A stretch of 64,000 nt of DNA from Candidatus Latescibacterota bacterium (GTDB lineage Bacteria > Latescibacterota > UBA2968): assembly GCA_965198115.1 (NCBI GenBank), contig OZ240241.1, positions 1,280,001 to 1,344,000 on the forward strand, read 5' to 3'. The notes beneath the pieces were generated by a model that was given only the letters and a program-made list of their open reading frames with translations, was not told the origin of the DNA and searched no databases. Both the position numbers and the translations under genes were made by a program. This document shows positions 40,641 through 50,825 of the stretch, one piece after another (within the stretch, counting starts at the first letter, position 1; every line of letters starts with the position of its first letter).

Positions 40641-42194
40641 GAGTCTGTCGGGTTACACCCGGAAGCTCGTTGAGATTAAGTCCAGCTGAGTCTGTCAGCG
40701 ACCGGTTACCTTCGTTTTTTCCTTGAGCCGAGTTCCTCTTCGGGATCAGGTAGCCAATGAGAGTCGATAGAGTTTCAGAAGGTTGTGTGTGAGACAGATC
40801 AGGTTCCATTCTCTGATGACTTTGTGGATTCGGCGGAATGAGAATCGGGTGAAGTTCCGAACGGATTTGATCTGTCCAAACACGGGTTCGATGATCTGTT
40901 TTCTTTTCCAGTAGGTGCAGCGACCTTTCTGTGTGAGAAGCTTTCTCGCCATTTTGTCTTTCGTCGTTGCGCCCTTGGGGATCCGTCCCCTGGGGCAGGT
41001 CGCGATGGGCGTTCCATGTTTTTGTTTTGTCGTCGCCACATAGAGGTCGACGCCATCTGATTGAACCTGATCGACCTGACTTTGGTTGAAGTATCCGGTG
41101 TCGGCAGTGAGGTGCTTGGGTGTCGTGCCGCCCATATTCGCTCTGATCTGGTTGACCATAGGTGTCATCTGGTTCTTGTCATCAGCTTCTTGGGTGACGT
41201 CGGCAGCAACGACAATCTGGGCCTTGTCATCCACAGCAGCTTGGCAGTTGTAGGCTTGAAGGAATTGGCCCCCTGAGACCATGATCCGTGAGTCGGGATC
41301 GGTGAAGTTCAGTTGTTCCTTGGAGTCGGGCTCTTTCGATGGAGGCTTGGGCTTACGTCCACGACCGCCGCGGCGCTCCCGGGCCTTTACCTTCTCTTCA
41401 TACGCTGCCTGCTTCTCAGGAAACTCAGCCTCCGCTTCGGCTTCGATCTCGGCTATTGCGTCGCGGATTACTTTGAGTCGAGTCTCCCGGTGCTGCAACT
41501 CCTCGGGCAACTCGTCGCCGCGGTTGTCCTTTCCGTAGAGTTCGTCTTCGGCCGCGTCAGTGGCTTCGGCCTCGGTCAAGAGTCTGCGCACTTCGGCCTC
41601 GATCTCGGCTTCTTTCTTCTTCATCCGGCCGTAGCTCATCGCTTTGTGTTTTGAGGCATTTGCTTTGACTTTCGTGCCATCCAACGCCACGTGTCCCAGC
41701 TTCACCAGACCTGCCTTCACGCAGAGACACAGCACTTGCCTGAACAGACCTGAGAGGGCATCCAGATGCCGTTGACGAAAGGTCGATATCGTGTCGTGAT
41801 CAGGATGCTGATCCAGGCTGAGCACACGGAAAGCAACCGAGTCATAGGTCGCACGCTCGATCTTGCGGGAACTCCTGATGCCTTCACAGTAACCATACAG
41901 CAGTAGGCTCACCATCATCCGGGGATCATACGGTGGCTGGCCACCTTGAGACCCATCGTAGGTCTCGTAGATCGCGGACAAATCAAGTTGTCCGACGATA
42001 TCCAGAATGAAGTAGGTCGGATGACCCTTGGGAAGCCAACTCCGGAGATCCGGAGGCAGCAACATCAACTGAGCCGGATTGTAGACACGAAACCGAGTAG
42101 AAGTGCTCAACGGAAACCTCCAATTCAGAGTCGGAACCTTGATCGCACTTCTACAATACGAAATCTTCCTCCGGCTGGGTACTCCGACAGGCTC
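40641..42194 (-). mobile_element. IS1182-family IS (1554 bp)
   Basis: IRs GAGTCTGTCGGGTTA / GAGCCTGTCGGAGTA. 4-bp TSD CTAG at 40637-40640 and 42195-42198. Confidence 0.93.
40746..42110 (-). CDS. IS1182-family transposase
   Basis: PYDPRMM, PDHDTI, LDGTKVKANAS, TDPDSR, ADTGY, IEPVFGQIK. Confidence 0.94.
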   Translation of the reverse strand: MSTSTRFRVYNPAQLMLLPPDLRSWLPKGHPTYFILDIVGQLDLSAIYETYDGSQGGQPPYDPRMMVSLLLYGYCEGIRSSRKIERATYDSVAFRVLSLDQHPDHDTISTFRQRHLDALSGLFRQVLCLCVKAGLVKLGHVALDGTKVKANASKHKAMSYGRMKKKEAEIEAEVRRLLTEAEATDAAEDELYGKDNRGDELPEELQHRETRLKVIRDAIAEIEAEAEAEFPEKQAAYEEKVKARERRGGRGRKPKPPSKEPDSKEQLNFTDPDSRIMVSGGQFLQAYNCQAAVDDKAQIVVAADVTQEADDKNQMTPMVNQIRANMGGTTPKHLTADTGYFNQSQVDQVQSDGVDLYVATTKQKHGTPIATCPRGRIPKGATTKDKMARKLLTQKGRCTYWKRKQIIEPVFGQIKSVRNFTRFSFRRIHKVIREWNLICLTHNLLKLYRLSLAT

Positions 42195-42274
42195 CTAGTT
42201 GAAACTTAAAGGGCTCCAAACTTACGTTGTGGGTACGCGTGTGAGAGCGTGTACCCGTAAGAAAGGAGCCCACG

Positions 42275-43522
42275 ATGGAGAAGCTATTTGCAGGGGATGG
42301 CGAAGTCAAGGTTGGGTCAGACGTTATGGATTTGGAGACGCGTTTATCGGTGATCCGGGCGCTGATTCCGCTGGGTCTGGAGGCCGTTGCCGACGTGCTC
42401 CAGCAGGAGGTGGAGCAGCTCGCAGGCGTTCGGTATGCGCGTAAGGGTTCAGAGCAGTCGCATCGTCGATGGGGAAGCCAGAAAGGGTCCGTGTATCTGA
42501 TGGACCAGAAGCTGCCGATGGCCGTTCCCCGTGTGCGCGACGTCGAGTCCGATACGGAGGTTTCTCTGGCCGCATACCGGGGGATGCAGAGGCCCAGAGC
42601 GATGGATGAGAAGCTGCTGCTTCGTGTGCTCAAGGGAATCTCCTGTCGCAACTACAGAGCCTGTGCAGAGTCGGTACCCGAAGCGTTCGGAATCTCGGCA
42701 TCCTCCGTCTCGCGACGGTTCATCAAAGCCACCGCAAAGAAGCTGAAGCAGTTCCAGGAACGACCGCTCGACGACTACGACTTGGTCGCCCTGTTCATCG
42801 ACGGAAAGAGCTTTGCCGACGAAGAGATCGTGATCGCTCCGGGCGTCACGACGGACGGCCAGAAGATCCCCCTGGGCTTCGTCGAATCGGCGACGGAGAA
42901 CGAACGGATCTGCCGTCAGCTGATCCAGGATCTCATCCGGAGAGGCCTGTGCTACGACCAGGGCCTTCTCGTTGTGCTGGACGGCTCAAAGGGACTCCGC
43001 AGTGCCGTCACCAAAGCCCTCAAAGGGGATGTGTGCGTGCATCGCTGTCAGTGGCACAAGCGCGAGAACGTCGTCAGCTACCTCCCGGAGGCAGAACGTC
43101 CAAGAGTTCGACGGAAACTTCAGAAAGCCTATGACTGCGACACCTACGAGGAGGCAAAGGCCGCACTCGAATCACTCAAACCCGAACTCAAGCTGATGAA
43201 TCAGTCTGCCGTGGCAAGCCTCGAGGAAGGACTGGAGGAAACCCTGACCCTCCACCGGCTGGGGATGCTCCCGTTCTTGAAGCGAAGCTTCCGAACCACC
43301 AATTGCATCGAGGCGCTCAACAGCATGACCGGCAACCTGATACGGAAGGTCAACCGCTGGAACAACTCTCCTCAGCGACACAGATGGGTCGCGGCCGCAC
43401 TCCTCGACATCGAACCACGCCTGCGACGCGTGAGCGGATACAAACACCTCCCGCTGCTCAGGCAAGCACTGAAAAACAACCTGAATCTCGGCGACAATCA
43501 AGATGCTCGGCAGAGAGCATGA
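42275..43522 (+). CDS. IS256-family transposase (type B)
   Basis: VPRVRD, FIDGK, LDGSKGL, HRCQWHK, RTTNCIE. Confidence 0.93.
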   Translation: MEKLFAGDGEVKVGSDVMDLETRLSVIRALIPLGLEAVADVLQQEVEQLAGVRYARKGSEQSHRRWGSQKGSVYLMDQKLPMAVPRVRDVESDTEVSLAAYRGMQRPRAMDEKLLLRVLKGISCRNYRACAESVPEAFGISASSVSRRFIKATAKKLKQFQERPLDDYDLVALFIDGKSFADEEIVIAPGVTTDGQKIPLGFVESATENERICRQLIQDLIRRGLCYDQGLLVVLDGSKGLRSAVTKALKGDVCVHRCQWHKRENVVSYLPEAERPRVRRKLQKAYDCDTYEEAKAALESLKPELKLMNQSAVASLEEGLEETLTLHRLGMLPFLKRSFRTTNCIEALNSMTGNLIRKVNRWNNSPQRHRWVAAALLDIEPRLRRVSGYKHLPLLRQALKNNLNLGDNQDARQRA

Positions 43523-43567
43523 ATACCACGGAGCCCGATGAGTTTCAACTGACTATGGGACTTGACC

Positions 43568-44653
43568 AAAGAAATCGTTGTATTGAGTGATCCAGTGGCT
43601 TTTGATTTCTCCGATCAGATTCTTCCAGAATCCCCGAAGGTAGAGATCGGGCCTTTCAAGAACGATCTCATACCCCAACGTGCCGCACGCGACGTTTGCT
43701 TGAGGAAGTCCCCCGTACTGATCGATCGCGAAGTGCCACGACTTGGACCACTTCTCCATTGGCGAAGGAACGGCCGGCCACGTCTCCTGGATCTGCTTTC
43801 GAAGCTCTTGGTAGGGACCTTCGGCGTTCAGAGCCTCGTGCGCCTCAGGACTTCTGGCGGCCACCAAAAGAATGACTGCCCGACCCACAGGCGAGAGGCC
43901 GAAGAAAGACTGAATGCGGTAGTTGATCGCACTCCAGCTTCCATAGAGCACCAGTACCGGTACGACAAAGGAGATACTCCTCACGACCCTTCGGTGCGAT
44001 GGACTGCTAAGCAGGAGCCAGAGTAGCCCTATCGCAGGCATAAGGGCCTATGCCGGCCGAACGAGACCGGCATAGGCTCCGGCGGCGCCTGCCCACGCCG
44101 CCGTCTTCCAGCCATTTCCATCGTCTCTCTGTAACTTCCCACACAGATACAGCATGAGTAGGTCGAAGAATACGCCAACGGTCTCTGCGAGAAACGAATT
44201 CGCCATGGAATTCGGCATCAGGTCGATACCATAGAGCACGGCGGTCAGACCCGCGACCCATTTCGAAGCACAAAGAAGGTATACCGTTCGGTAGGCGAAG
44301 TATGCGGTAAGGACTGTGAGTGCGTGCTGGAAAACAACGATGAGTATCGCGGTGGGTTCTCGTCCTTGAGCGATCAGTGTGGCAACCGAGACGCTCCGGG
44401 GCAGATCCGCGTCGCCGCCTGTAACGATGGCCAGAAGAGCGAGGACCATCGGATAGCCCGGTGTACGAAAGTTGATCCGATTCGAACTCAGTTCGCCCTC
44501 AAGAATACCATTAGCGAACTTGGTGTAGGGTTCGAATCCGGTGTCGCTTATGGGGACGAATAAAGTCCAGGCCAGCTGCCAGCACAGGATCGCAGCAATG
44601 CCCACACGCCACAAGACCTGCGCAGCGCTAATCTGATCCTTAGTGGCTCCCAT
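43568..44653 (-). pseudogene. ArnT/PMT-like (GT39-type) membrane glycosyltransferase with in-frame TAG at 44048-44050, truncated by IS256
   Basis: FRTPGYP, LAET, LVRP motifs. The two ORFs are in the same frame across one amber codon. Confidence 0.72.
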
Positions 44654-44671
44654 CTGTTAGTGGCTCCCATC

Positions 44672-45523
44672 TCATCTTGGCAGGAGGATCCCGTTTATGG
44701 ATCCGTTCTTCGGTATGTGAGCGGAAATAAACCCTTCAGTAAGTTCGATATTGGCCATGTTTCTTTCGTCGACTAAGCGATAGCCTATGAACCTGATCGC
44801 CGAGATGAACTCGGCAAGGCCATATCCATATTCCCTGAACGAACGGGGACATATCTCGCAGATGATTGCAGGCCGAAACCTCCTCACCGATTCGGCGGCC
44901 CCCTGGAGAACCTCCAACTCGAAGCCGTCTACATCAATCTTGATAAGATCGACACGACCAATGGTGTTACGCTTGATGAAGCCATCGACGGTATCAGCTG
45001 CCGCACCATCAGCGCGCTTGAGACGGCCACCGTGATCCGGATGCGTGCTGCAGGGAGTTCGCTTAAGGTCCCAGCTAGCATGGAATCCTGTTTGGGACAG
45101 CACGCGCCCATCAGCGTTCATGTATGCCTGCACCAGCGTGATGATCTGACCAAAGGCAGGATTCAACTCGATGCTGCTTCTCGCCCTGTCCATGGCGTAA
45201 CTCGTTGGCTCGAATGCGTAGACTTTCCCGCCCTGGCCTACCTGTTTGGCCATCTGCAAAGCGAACAAACCGACATTGGCTCCAATGTCGAAGGCTATGT
45301 CGCCCGGTGCAAGGAGGTCGACTACCCTCTGCAGCGTGCGGCGCTCGTAAATACCCAGGTAAAAAGCGAGGTCGATTCCCTCAGCGAGATCTAGCGCATA
45401 GTGGATACCGTTCCTCGAAATGGCGACCCGATCCTGGAGACCCGAAATCGCCCTTGGTACGCTAATCGCGCTGTACAGGAGTCTGGCAAGGCGCAGCTTC
45501 TTCTTCGTGCTGAGCCGCAACAT
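44672..45523 (-). CDS. FkbM-family methyltransferase
   Basis: FDIGANVG, VYAFEP, IKIDVDGFE. Confidence 0.92.
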   Translation of the reverse strand: MLRLSTKKKLRLARLLYSAISVPRAISGLQDRVAISRNGIHYALDLAEGIDLAFYLGIYERRTLQRVVDLLAPGDIAFDIGANVGLFALQMAKQVGQGGKVYAFEPTSYAMDRARSSIELNPAFGQIITLVQAYMNADGRVLSQTGFHASWDLKRTPCSTHPDHGGRLKRADGAAADTVDGFIKRNTIGRVDLIKIDVDGFELEVLQGAAESVRRFRPAIICEICPRSFREYGYGLAEFISAIRFIGYRLVDERNMANIELTEGFISAHIPKNGSINGILLPR

Positions 45524-47087
45524 CAGGTGATACCTGGACCCGACTGCTGTTGTGCGACAAAGCTCCCGATCCCCAGTACATCGAAACCCGTGCGCTGAAA
45601 GCAGGCGATCGCTTCCTTCGGGTGCATCACGATCGGTTCGTTCTCGTTGAAGGACGTGTTGAGCAAGACGGGAACGCCGGTCAGCAGTCGGAATTCCTCG
45701 ATGAGGTGCCAGAAGGTCGGATTCGCATCCCTCCGTACCACCTGTACTCTGGCCGTACCGTCCTTGTGTGTGACGGCGGGAATCACTCCCCTCTTGTCCG
45801 ACTTGACGTTGGACGTGATTACCATGTAGGACGAGTCGCCCACCAGCTCAAAGTAATCATCCGCGTATTCCGATAATACCGCGGGAGCGAATGGTCGAAA
45901 CCACTCACGCTTCTTGATTCGGAGATTAAGGACCTCCCGTACGCCTGCATCTCTGGGGTCAGCCAGAATGCTCCGGTTTCCAAGTGCCCTAGGTCCGCAC
46001 TCCATCCTTCCCTGGAACCATCCAGCGATCTTTCCCTCGGCAATGAAGGCAGCCACTTCCCTGGCGACGTTCGATGAACGGTGATAGTGGATGCCGGCGC
46101 AGTTTAAATCACGCTCGATTTCATTGTCTGAGTAGTGTGGACCCAGGTAGACACCATCGAACACGTGCTCCCGAGGCAACCCTTTCAAACTGTGAGTGTA
46201 GTAGAGAGCGCTGCCTAGAGATGTCCCAGCGTCGTGTGCGAGGGGCTGAATAAAGATCTGCCTGACCCCCCCCTCTTCCGCAAGCTTCTGGTTCATCAGG
46301 CAGTTAAGAGCGACACCGCCCGCCACGACAAGGTTGTTGGCGCCTGTTTCCTCGCGCAGCCACTTGGCTGTTTTCAGGACTACATCCTCCGTGACCCTCT
46401 GAACAGCAAACGCGATGTCGCACGCCCTCTGATTTACATCTTCATTCTTCGCCCGACTGGGGCCGAATCTGTTGACGAACGCCTCGGAATGCCAACGACT
46501 GCGGCCGTGAGTATGGAAGGAGAAGTACTTGAGATCCAACCGCAGGCTACCATCCGGGCACAAGTGAACCAATTCCTTGAAGTCATCGTAGAATCGGTCG
46601 CTACCATAGGCGGACAGTCCCATCACTTTCCATTCATCGTGAAAAGGCCTGAAGCCCAGGTAATCAGTCATGACCTCCGGCAAAGCCGGAGGCTTGAAAA
46701 CTTGTGAACCGCTCAAAGCGGTTGGAAACCAAGCGCCACCTAAAGGTGGCGATTACCTGAAAATGTTGAGCTGGTCGAGACTCAGGTCCTCCCGCTCCTG
46801 GTTCTGGATATACTCCCGAACCGTCTGTTCATCCTTGCCAACGGTGGAGACCCAGTAGCCTCTTGCCCAGAAATGCTGCCCGGTGAAGTTCGACCTGCGT
46901 CCCAGATAGTTCCGAGCAATGTGAATCGCACTCTTTCCTTTGATGAACCCTACCGTCTGAGCTACTGAGTGCTTCGGCGGGATCGAAATCAACGTGTGCA
47001 CATGGTCGGATCGCAGGTGACCCTCTTCCACACGGCATTCCTTCTGTGCGGCCAGATCCCGAATCACCTCGCCCAGATAGCGACGAA

Positions 47088-48475
47088 GGTGTTGTGCCTA
47101 TCGTAGTTGAAACTTAGAGGGCTCCAAACTTACGTTGGGTAGACGTGTAGGAGCGTATACCCGTAAGAAAGGAGCCCAGATGGAGAAGCTATTTGTAGGC
47201 GATGGTGAAGTCAAGGTTGAGGGCGATGTCATCGATTTGGAGACGCGTTTGTCGGTGATCCAGGCGTTGATCCCGTTGGGTCTGGAGGCAGTGGCAGACC
47301 TCCTCCAGCAGGAGGTCGAGCAGCTCGCAGGCGTTCGGTATGCGCGCAAAGGTTCGGAGCAGGCGCATCGTCGGTGGGGAAGCCAGAAGGGATCCGTGTA
47401 TCTGATGGACCAGAAGCTCCCGTTAGACGTTCCCCGGGTGCGCGACGTCGAGGCCGACGCAGAGGTTTCCCTGGCTGCATACCGGGCTCTACAGACGCCC
47501 AAGAAGACGGACGAGGGGCTGTTGCTTCGTGTTCTCAAGGGGATCTCGTGCCGCAACTACAAGGCCTGTGCCGAATCGGTTCCAGAAGCGTTTGGTATCT
47601 CAGCGTCCTCCGTCTCGCGGCGGTTCATCAAAGCCACCGCGAAGAAGCTGAAGCAGTTCCAGGAGCGTCCCCTCGACGACTACGGCTTCGTGACCCTGTT
47701 CATTGACGGAAAGAGCTTTGCCGACGAAGAGATCGTGATCGCTCCGGGGGTCACGATGGACGGCCAGAAGATCCCCCTGGGCTTCGTCGAATCGGCGACG
47801 GAGAACGAACGGATCTGCCGCCAGCTGATCCAGGACCTCATCCGGAGAGGCCTGTGCTACGACCAGGGCCTTCTCGTTGTGCTTGACGGCTCAAAGGGAC
47901 TCCGCAGTGCTGTCACCAAAGCCCTCAAAGGGTATGTGCGCGTTCATCGCTGTCAGTGGCACAAGCGCGAGAATGTCGTCAGCTATCTCCCGGAGAGGGA
48001 ACGTCCAAGAGTTCGACGGAAGCTCCAGAAAGCCTATGACTGCGACACCTACGAGGAGGCAAAGGCCGCACTCGAATCACTTAAACCCGAACTGAAGCTG
48101 ATGAATCAGTCTGCCGTAACGAGCCTCGAGGAAGGCCTGGAGGAAACCCTGACCCTCCACCGGCTGGGTATGCTCCCATTCTTGAAACGAAGCTTCCGAA
48201 CCACCAACTGCATCGAAGCCCTCAACAGCAGGACCGGCGAGCTCACTCGGAAGGTCAGACGCTGGAACAACTCTCCCCAGAGACACAGATGGGTGGCTGC
48301 CGCACTCCTCGACATCGAACCTCGCCTGCGACGCGTGAGCGGATACAAACATCTTCCCCTACTCAGGCAAGCACTGAACAAAGATCTGAATCTCGACAAC
48401 GAACAGAATGCTCAAAAGAGAGCCTGACCAAACTACGGGGCCCGATGAGTTTTCAACTGACTATGGGACTTGACC
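47088..48475 (+). mobile_element. IS256-family IS type B, copy 2 (1388 bp)
   Basis: IRs GGTGTTGTGCCTATCGTAGTTGAAA / GGTCAAGTCCCATAGTCAGTTGAAA. 8-bp TSD GCGACGAA. Confidence 0.95.
47135..48427 (+). CDS. IS256-family transposase (type B)
   Basis: Close homologue of 42275-43522. Likely start is the MEKLF ATG near 47180. Confidence 0.93.
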   Translation: MGRRVGAYTRKKGAQMEKLFVGDGEVKVEGDVIDLETRLSVIQALIPLGLEAVADLLQQEVEQLAGVRYARKGSEQAHRRWGSQKGSVYLMDQKLPLDVPRVRDVEADAEVSLAAYRALQTPKKTDEGLLLRVLKGISCRNYKACAESVPEAFGISASSVSRRFIKATAKKLKQFQERPLDDYGFVTLFIDGKSFADEEIVIAPGVTMDGQKIPLGFVESATENERICRQLIQDLIRRGLCYDQGLLVVLDGSKGLRSAVTKALKGYVRVHRCQWHKRENVVSYLPERERPRVRRKLQKAYDCDTYEEAKAALESLKPELKLMNQSAVTSLEEGLEETLTLHRLGMLPFLKRSFRTTNCIEALNSRTGELTRKVRRWNNSPQRHRWVAAALLDIEPRLRRVSGYKHLPLLRQALNKDLNLDNEQNAQKRA

Positions 48476-48590
48476 GCGACGAATTTCACCATACAACACT
48501 TTTCTACGATACTTCCGAACCCAAACAACGTCATACTTGCACTCCCAAACCGTGTGACGTAGACTCCTTACGTTGTTCATTAGAGAGCCT

Positions 48591-49964
48591 GAGCTCAGGT
48601 CAATAGGTGTGTAAAAGAAATCAGGCGGCCATCTTCCCGGCTTCGACCTGCGGTTCGGTTGAGTGTTTCTGATCGTAGACTTGTTGTAGCAAGTGTGGCG
48701 CGGTGAGTTTCCTGAATCGGCTCTCTGCGACCTTGAGCGTACGCCAGATGAGAGTCGTGGCGTTCCTGACTTTCTTGAATCGCCTGGCGGCGTTTGTGCG
48801 AAGCCGAACGGAAGCAAAGGGGCTCTCGACGACGTTCGTGGTTCTCAGGTGTTTCCAGTGTTCCTTCGGGAAGTCGTAGAACGTGACCATCCGATCCCAG
48901 TCTCTTTCGAGCGTCTCCACGGCGGCAGGGAACTGTGAGCGATACCGTGCGGCAAAGCGTTTCCGGAGCTTCTCGGCCTCCTTTTTCGTGCCGGCATAGG
49001 GGATCTGGACGAGCAGTGCGCGGGCTTCAGCCTGTGCACGCTTGGCGACCTTGTCGAGCACGTTGAGGATCTTGTGGTTCCAGCACCGTTGTTGCCGGCT
49101 CTCTGGCCAGACCTGATCAACGGCCGCCCAGATGCCCATATTCCCGTCCGCGGCGATCAGGACAGGATGTTCGAGCCCGCGATCCCGGAGATCCCGGAGC
49201 ACCGTGAGCCAGGATTCTGTAGACTCTCGATAACCGGGTTCTATCGCCAGGATCTCCTTGCTGCCGTCGCTCATCGCGCCGATCACGACCAGCAGACACG
49301 CCTTCTCGCGCTCGAGCCCGGCTTTGACGTAGATGCCATCAGCCCAGGCGTAGACCAGTTCGCGATTATCCAGACGCCTTTCTTTCCAGTCCTGGAAGTC
49401 GACCTCCCACTTCCCTCGAAGACGAGCGATCGAGGTCGGCGAAAGCGGCGCGCCATCACCGAGCAGCGCACGCAAAGACAACTCGAAGTCGCCCTGGGAG
49501 AGACCGTGGAGATAAAGGTCGGGAAGCAGATCTCCAATGGCCCTGGTTCTCCGGGCGAACAGGGGGAGGATGCGGCTTTCAAACCGCTCTTCCAGACCAC
49601 GAACCCGGGGACGCCGGACCTTGATCGTTCCGCAGCTCGTCGAGAGACGCCGGGGCTTGCCGTAGCCGTTCCTGTAGCCCCTGGAGCTATCGACCTCGGC
49701 TCGGCGCTCATACCACGACCGGCCCAAGAACGCGGTCGCCTCCTCCTCCAGAATGGACTGGAACCGGCCCTGGATCTCTTCACGGATCCAATCGTCAACC
49801 GTCTCCCACGTCGGCATGGACTTCAATGGGGCTCTATGCGTATGTTCCTTCACGGCGATCCTCCTTCCCAACCGGGCCTCTCACCCGGTTTTGTGTGAAT
49901 CAACTATCTCACGGGAAGGGTAGGGTCGCCCTTTCTCTTTTTCCACACCTTTTGATTATAGCTC
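48591..49964 (-). mobile_element. IS256-family IS type A, copy 2 (1374 bp)
   Basis: Near-identical to 24662-26035. 8-bp TSD GAGAGCCT between the IS200 tnpA RBS and start codon. Confidence 0.95.
48621..49871 (-). CDS. IS256-family transposase (type A)
   Basis: Two amino-acid differences from copy 1. Confidence 0.95.
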   Translation of the reverse strand: MGRRIAVKEHTHRAPLKSMPTWETVDDWIREEIQGRFQSILEEEATAFLGRSWYERRAEVDSSRGYRNGYGKPRRLSTSCGTIKVRRPRVRGLEERFESRILPLFARRTRAIGDLLPDLYLHGLSQGDFELSLRALLGDGAPLSPTSIARLRGKWEVDFQDWKERRLDNRELVYAWADGIYVKAGLEREKACLLVVIGAMSDGSKEILAIEPGYRESTESWLTVLRDLRDRGLEHPVLIAADGNMGIWAAVDQVWPESRQQRCWNHKILNVLDKVAKRAQAEARALLVQIPYAGTKKEAEKLRKRFAARYRSQFPAAVETLERDWDRMVTFYDFPKEHWKHLRTTNVVESPFASVRLRTNAARRFKKVRNATTLIWRTLKVAESRFRKLTAPHLLQQVYDQKHSTEPQVEAGKMAA

Positions 49965-50825
49965 GAGAGCCTTCCTTCCGTGTGCTTTGAGCGGTCCACG
50001 GCAAGGGAGGCTCTTACATATTTCTGGAACTGTCAAACTCTGGGAGTCTCCCCGGCAGAGCCGGGGGCTTACCAAGGTTTAGTTACATCAGCTACAGGTG
50101 ACCAAGTGAATGAGGGACGGCCCACCTTCTCAACTCTGTGATGGTGTTCCCGTTACCCGCTGCCATCAGTGCGGTCGATGACTCTCCTCGGCCATCCACC
50201 GTCAGAATCGCCGAGTTGTCGAATGGGGAAACATAGAAGCAAGATGCCGCGTGGCTGAGGTGATGGTCGACGAACCGGAAATCGATCGCAGAATCAATGC
50301 CCTCGATGCAGTTCAGAACGCGCTCTTTTACCCTGAGCATGGAAAGTATGCGGGATGGGAAACCCAGGTCGTCTGAACCGCTACCACCTGCCAGGAGTGA
50401 CAAGCTGCGAGGGAAGTGCTTCAGGAAGTGGGCTGCGTTTCCTGTCAGCTCGGTCCACGGATTCCAGAAGAATGTGATCGCCGATACTTCAGACGGGTGA
50501 ACGTCCGACACCGAGAAGACTTCCCTGATCGCACCCTCGGGGAATCGCCACGTATGCTTCTCTCTGTTGACCCTCTCTTCTTCTTCTACCAGGGCCAGAG
50601 CGATGCCATTCCTGACAATGCATGCCGATGCTTCGTGTGCATATGCAGACAGCCCGAGCACAACCATCTTGGGCCCTCACATCAATGACGGTTAAGCATC
50701 AGGGACGGCCCAGGGGTTGCGCCCCCGAAGGGATATTTCGTACGGTGTGGTGGTGAGGCGAGGAGAATTCGGGTGGTGGGCGGTTTAGGTCGCAGGTATA
50801 AAGACCTCTTGTGGTCTTCACCAAG

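Larger units (their letters stand above)
40622..43567 (+). mobile_element. IS256-family IS type B, copy 1 (1388 bp net); left IR interrupted by IS1182; no matching TSD
   Basis: Left IR GGTGAGGTCCCTATCCTAG|TTGAAACT, right end TTTCAACTGACTATGGGACTTGACC. Flanks TTACGATC versus AAAGAAAT. Confidence 0.9.
46666..50092 (-). mobile_element. IS200-group element, copy 2; 649 bp net, carrying two different IS256 insertions
   Basis: Near-identical to copy 1 after removing the inserts. tnpA fragments at 46753-47087 and 48476-48580. Confidence 0.9.
45523..50667 (-). pseudogene. Carbamoyltransferase (NodU/CmcH family) split by a 3.4-kb IS200/IS256 nest
   Basis: N-part HHLSHAAS, VDGRGE, PHSLGHL. C-part DYLGF..EWKVMGLSAYG, GGVALNC, GPRALGNRS, LLNTSFN. 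Confidence 0.93.

Noticed and set aside
44048-50094. Two TAG codons at possible Tyr positions in glycan-locus genes suggesting amber recoding
   Set aside because: TAG is a normal stop elsewhere (17867-17869, 30428-30430), and one of the two lies at an IS junction.
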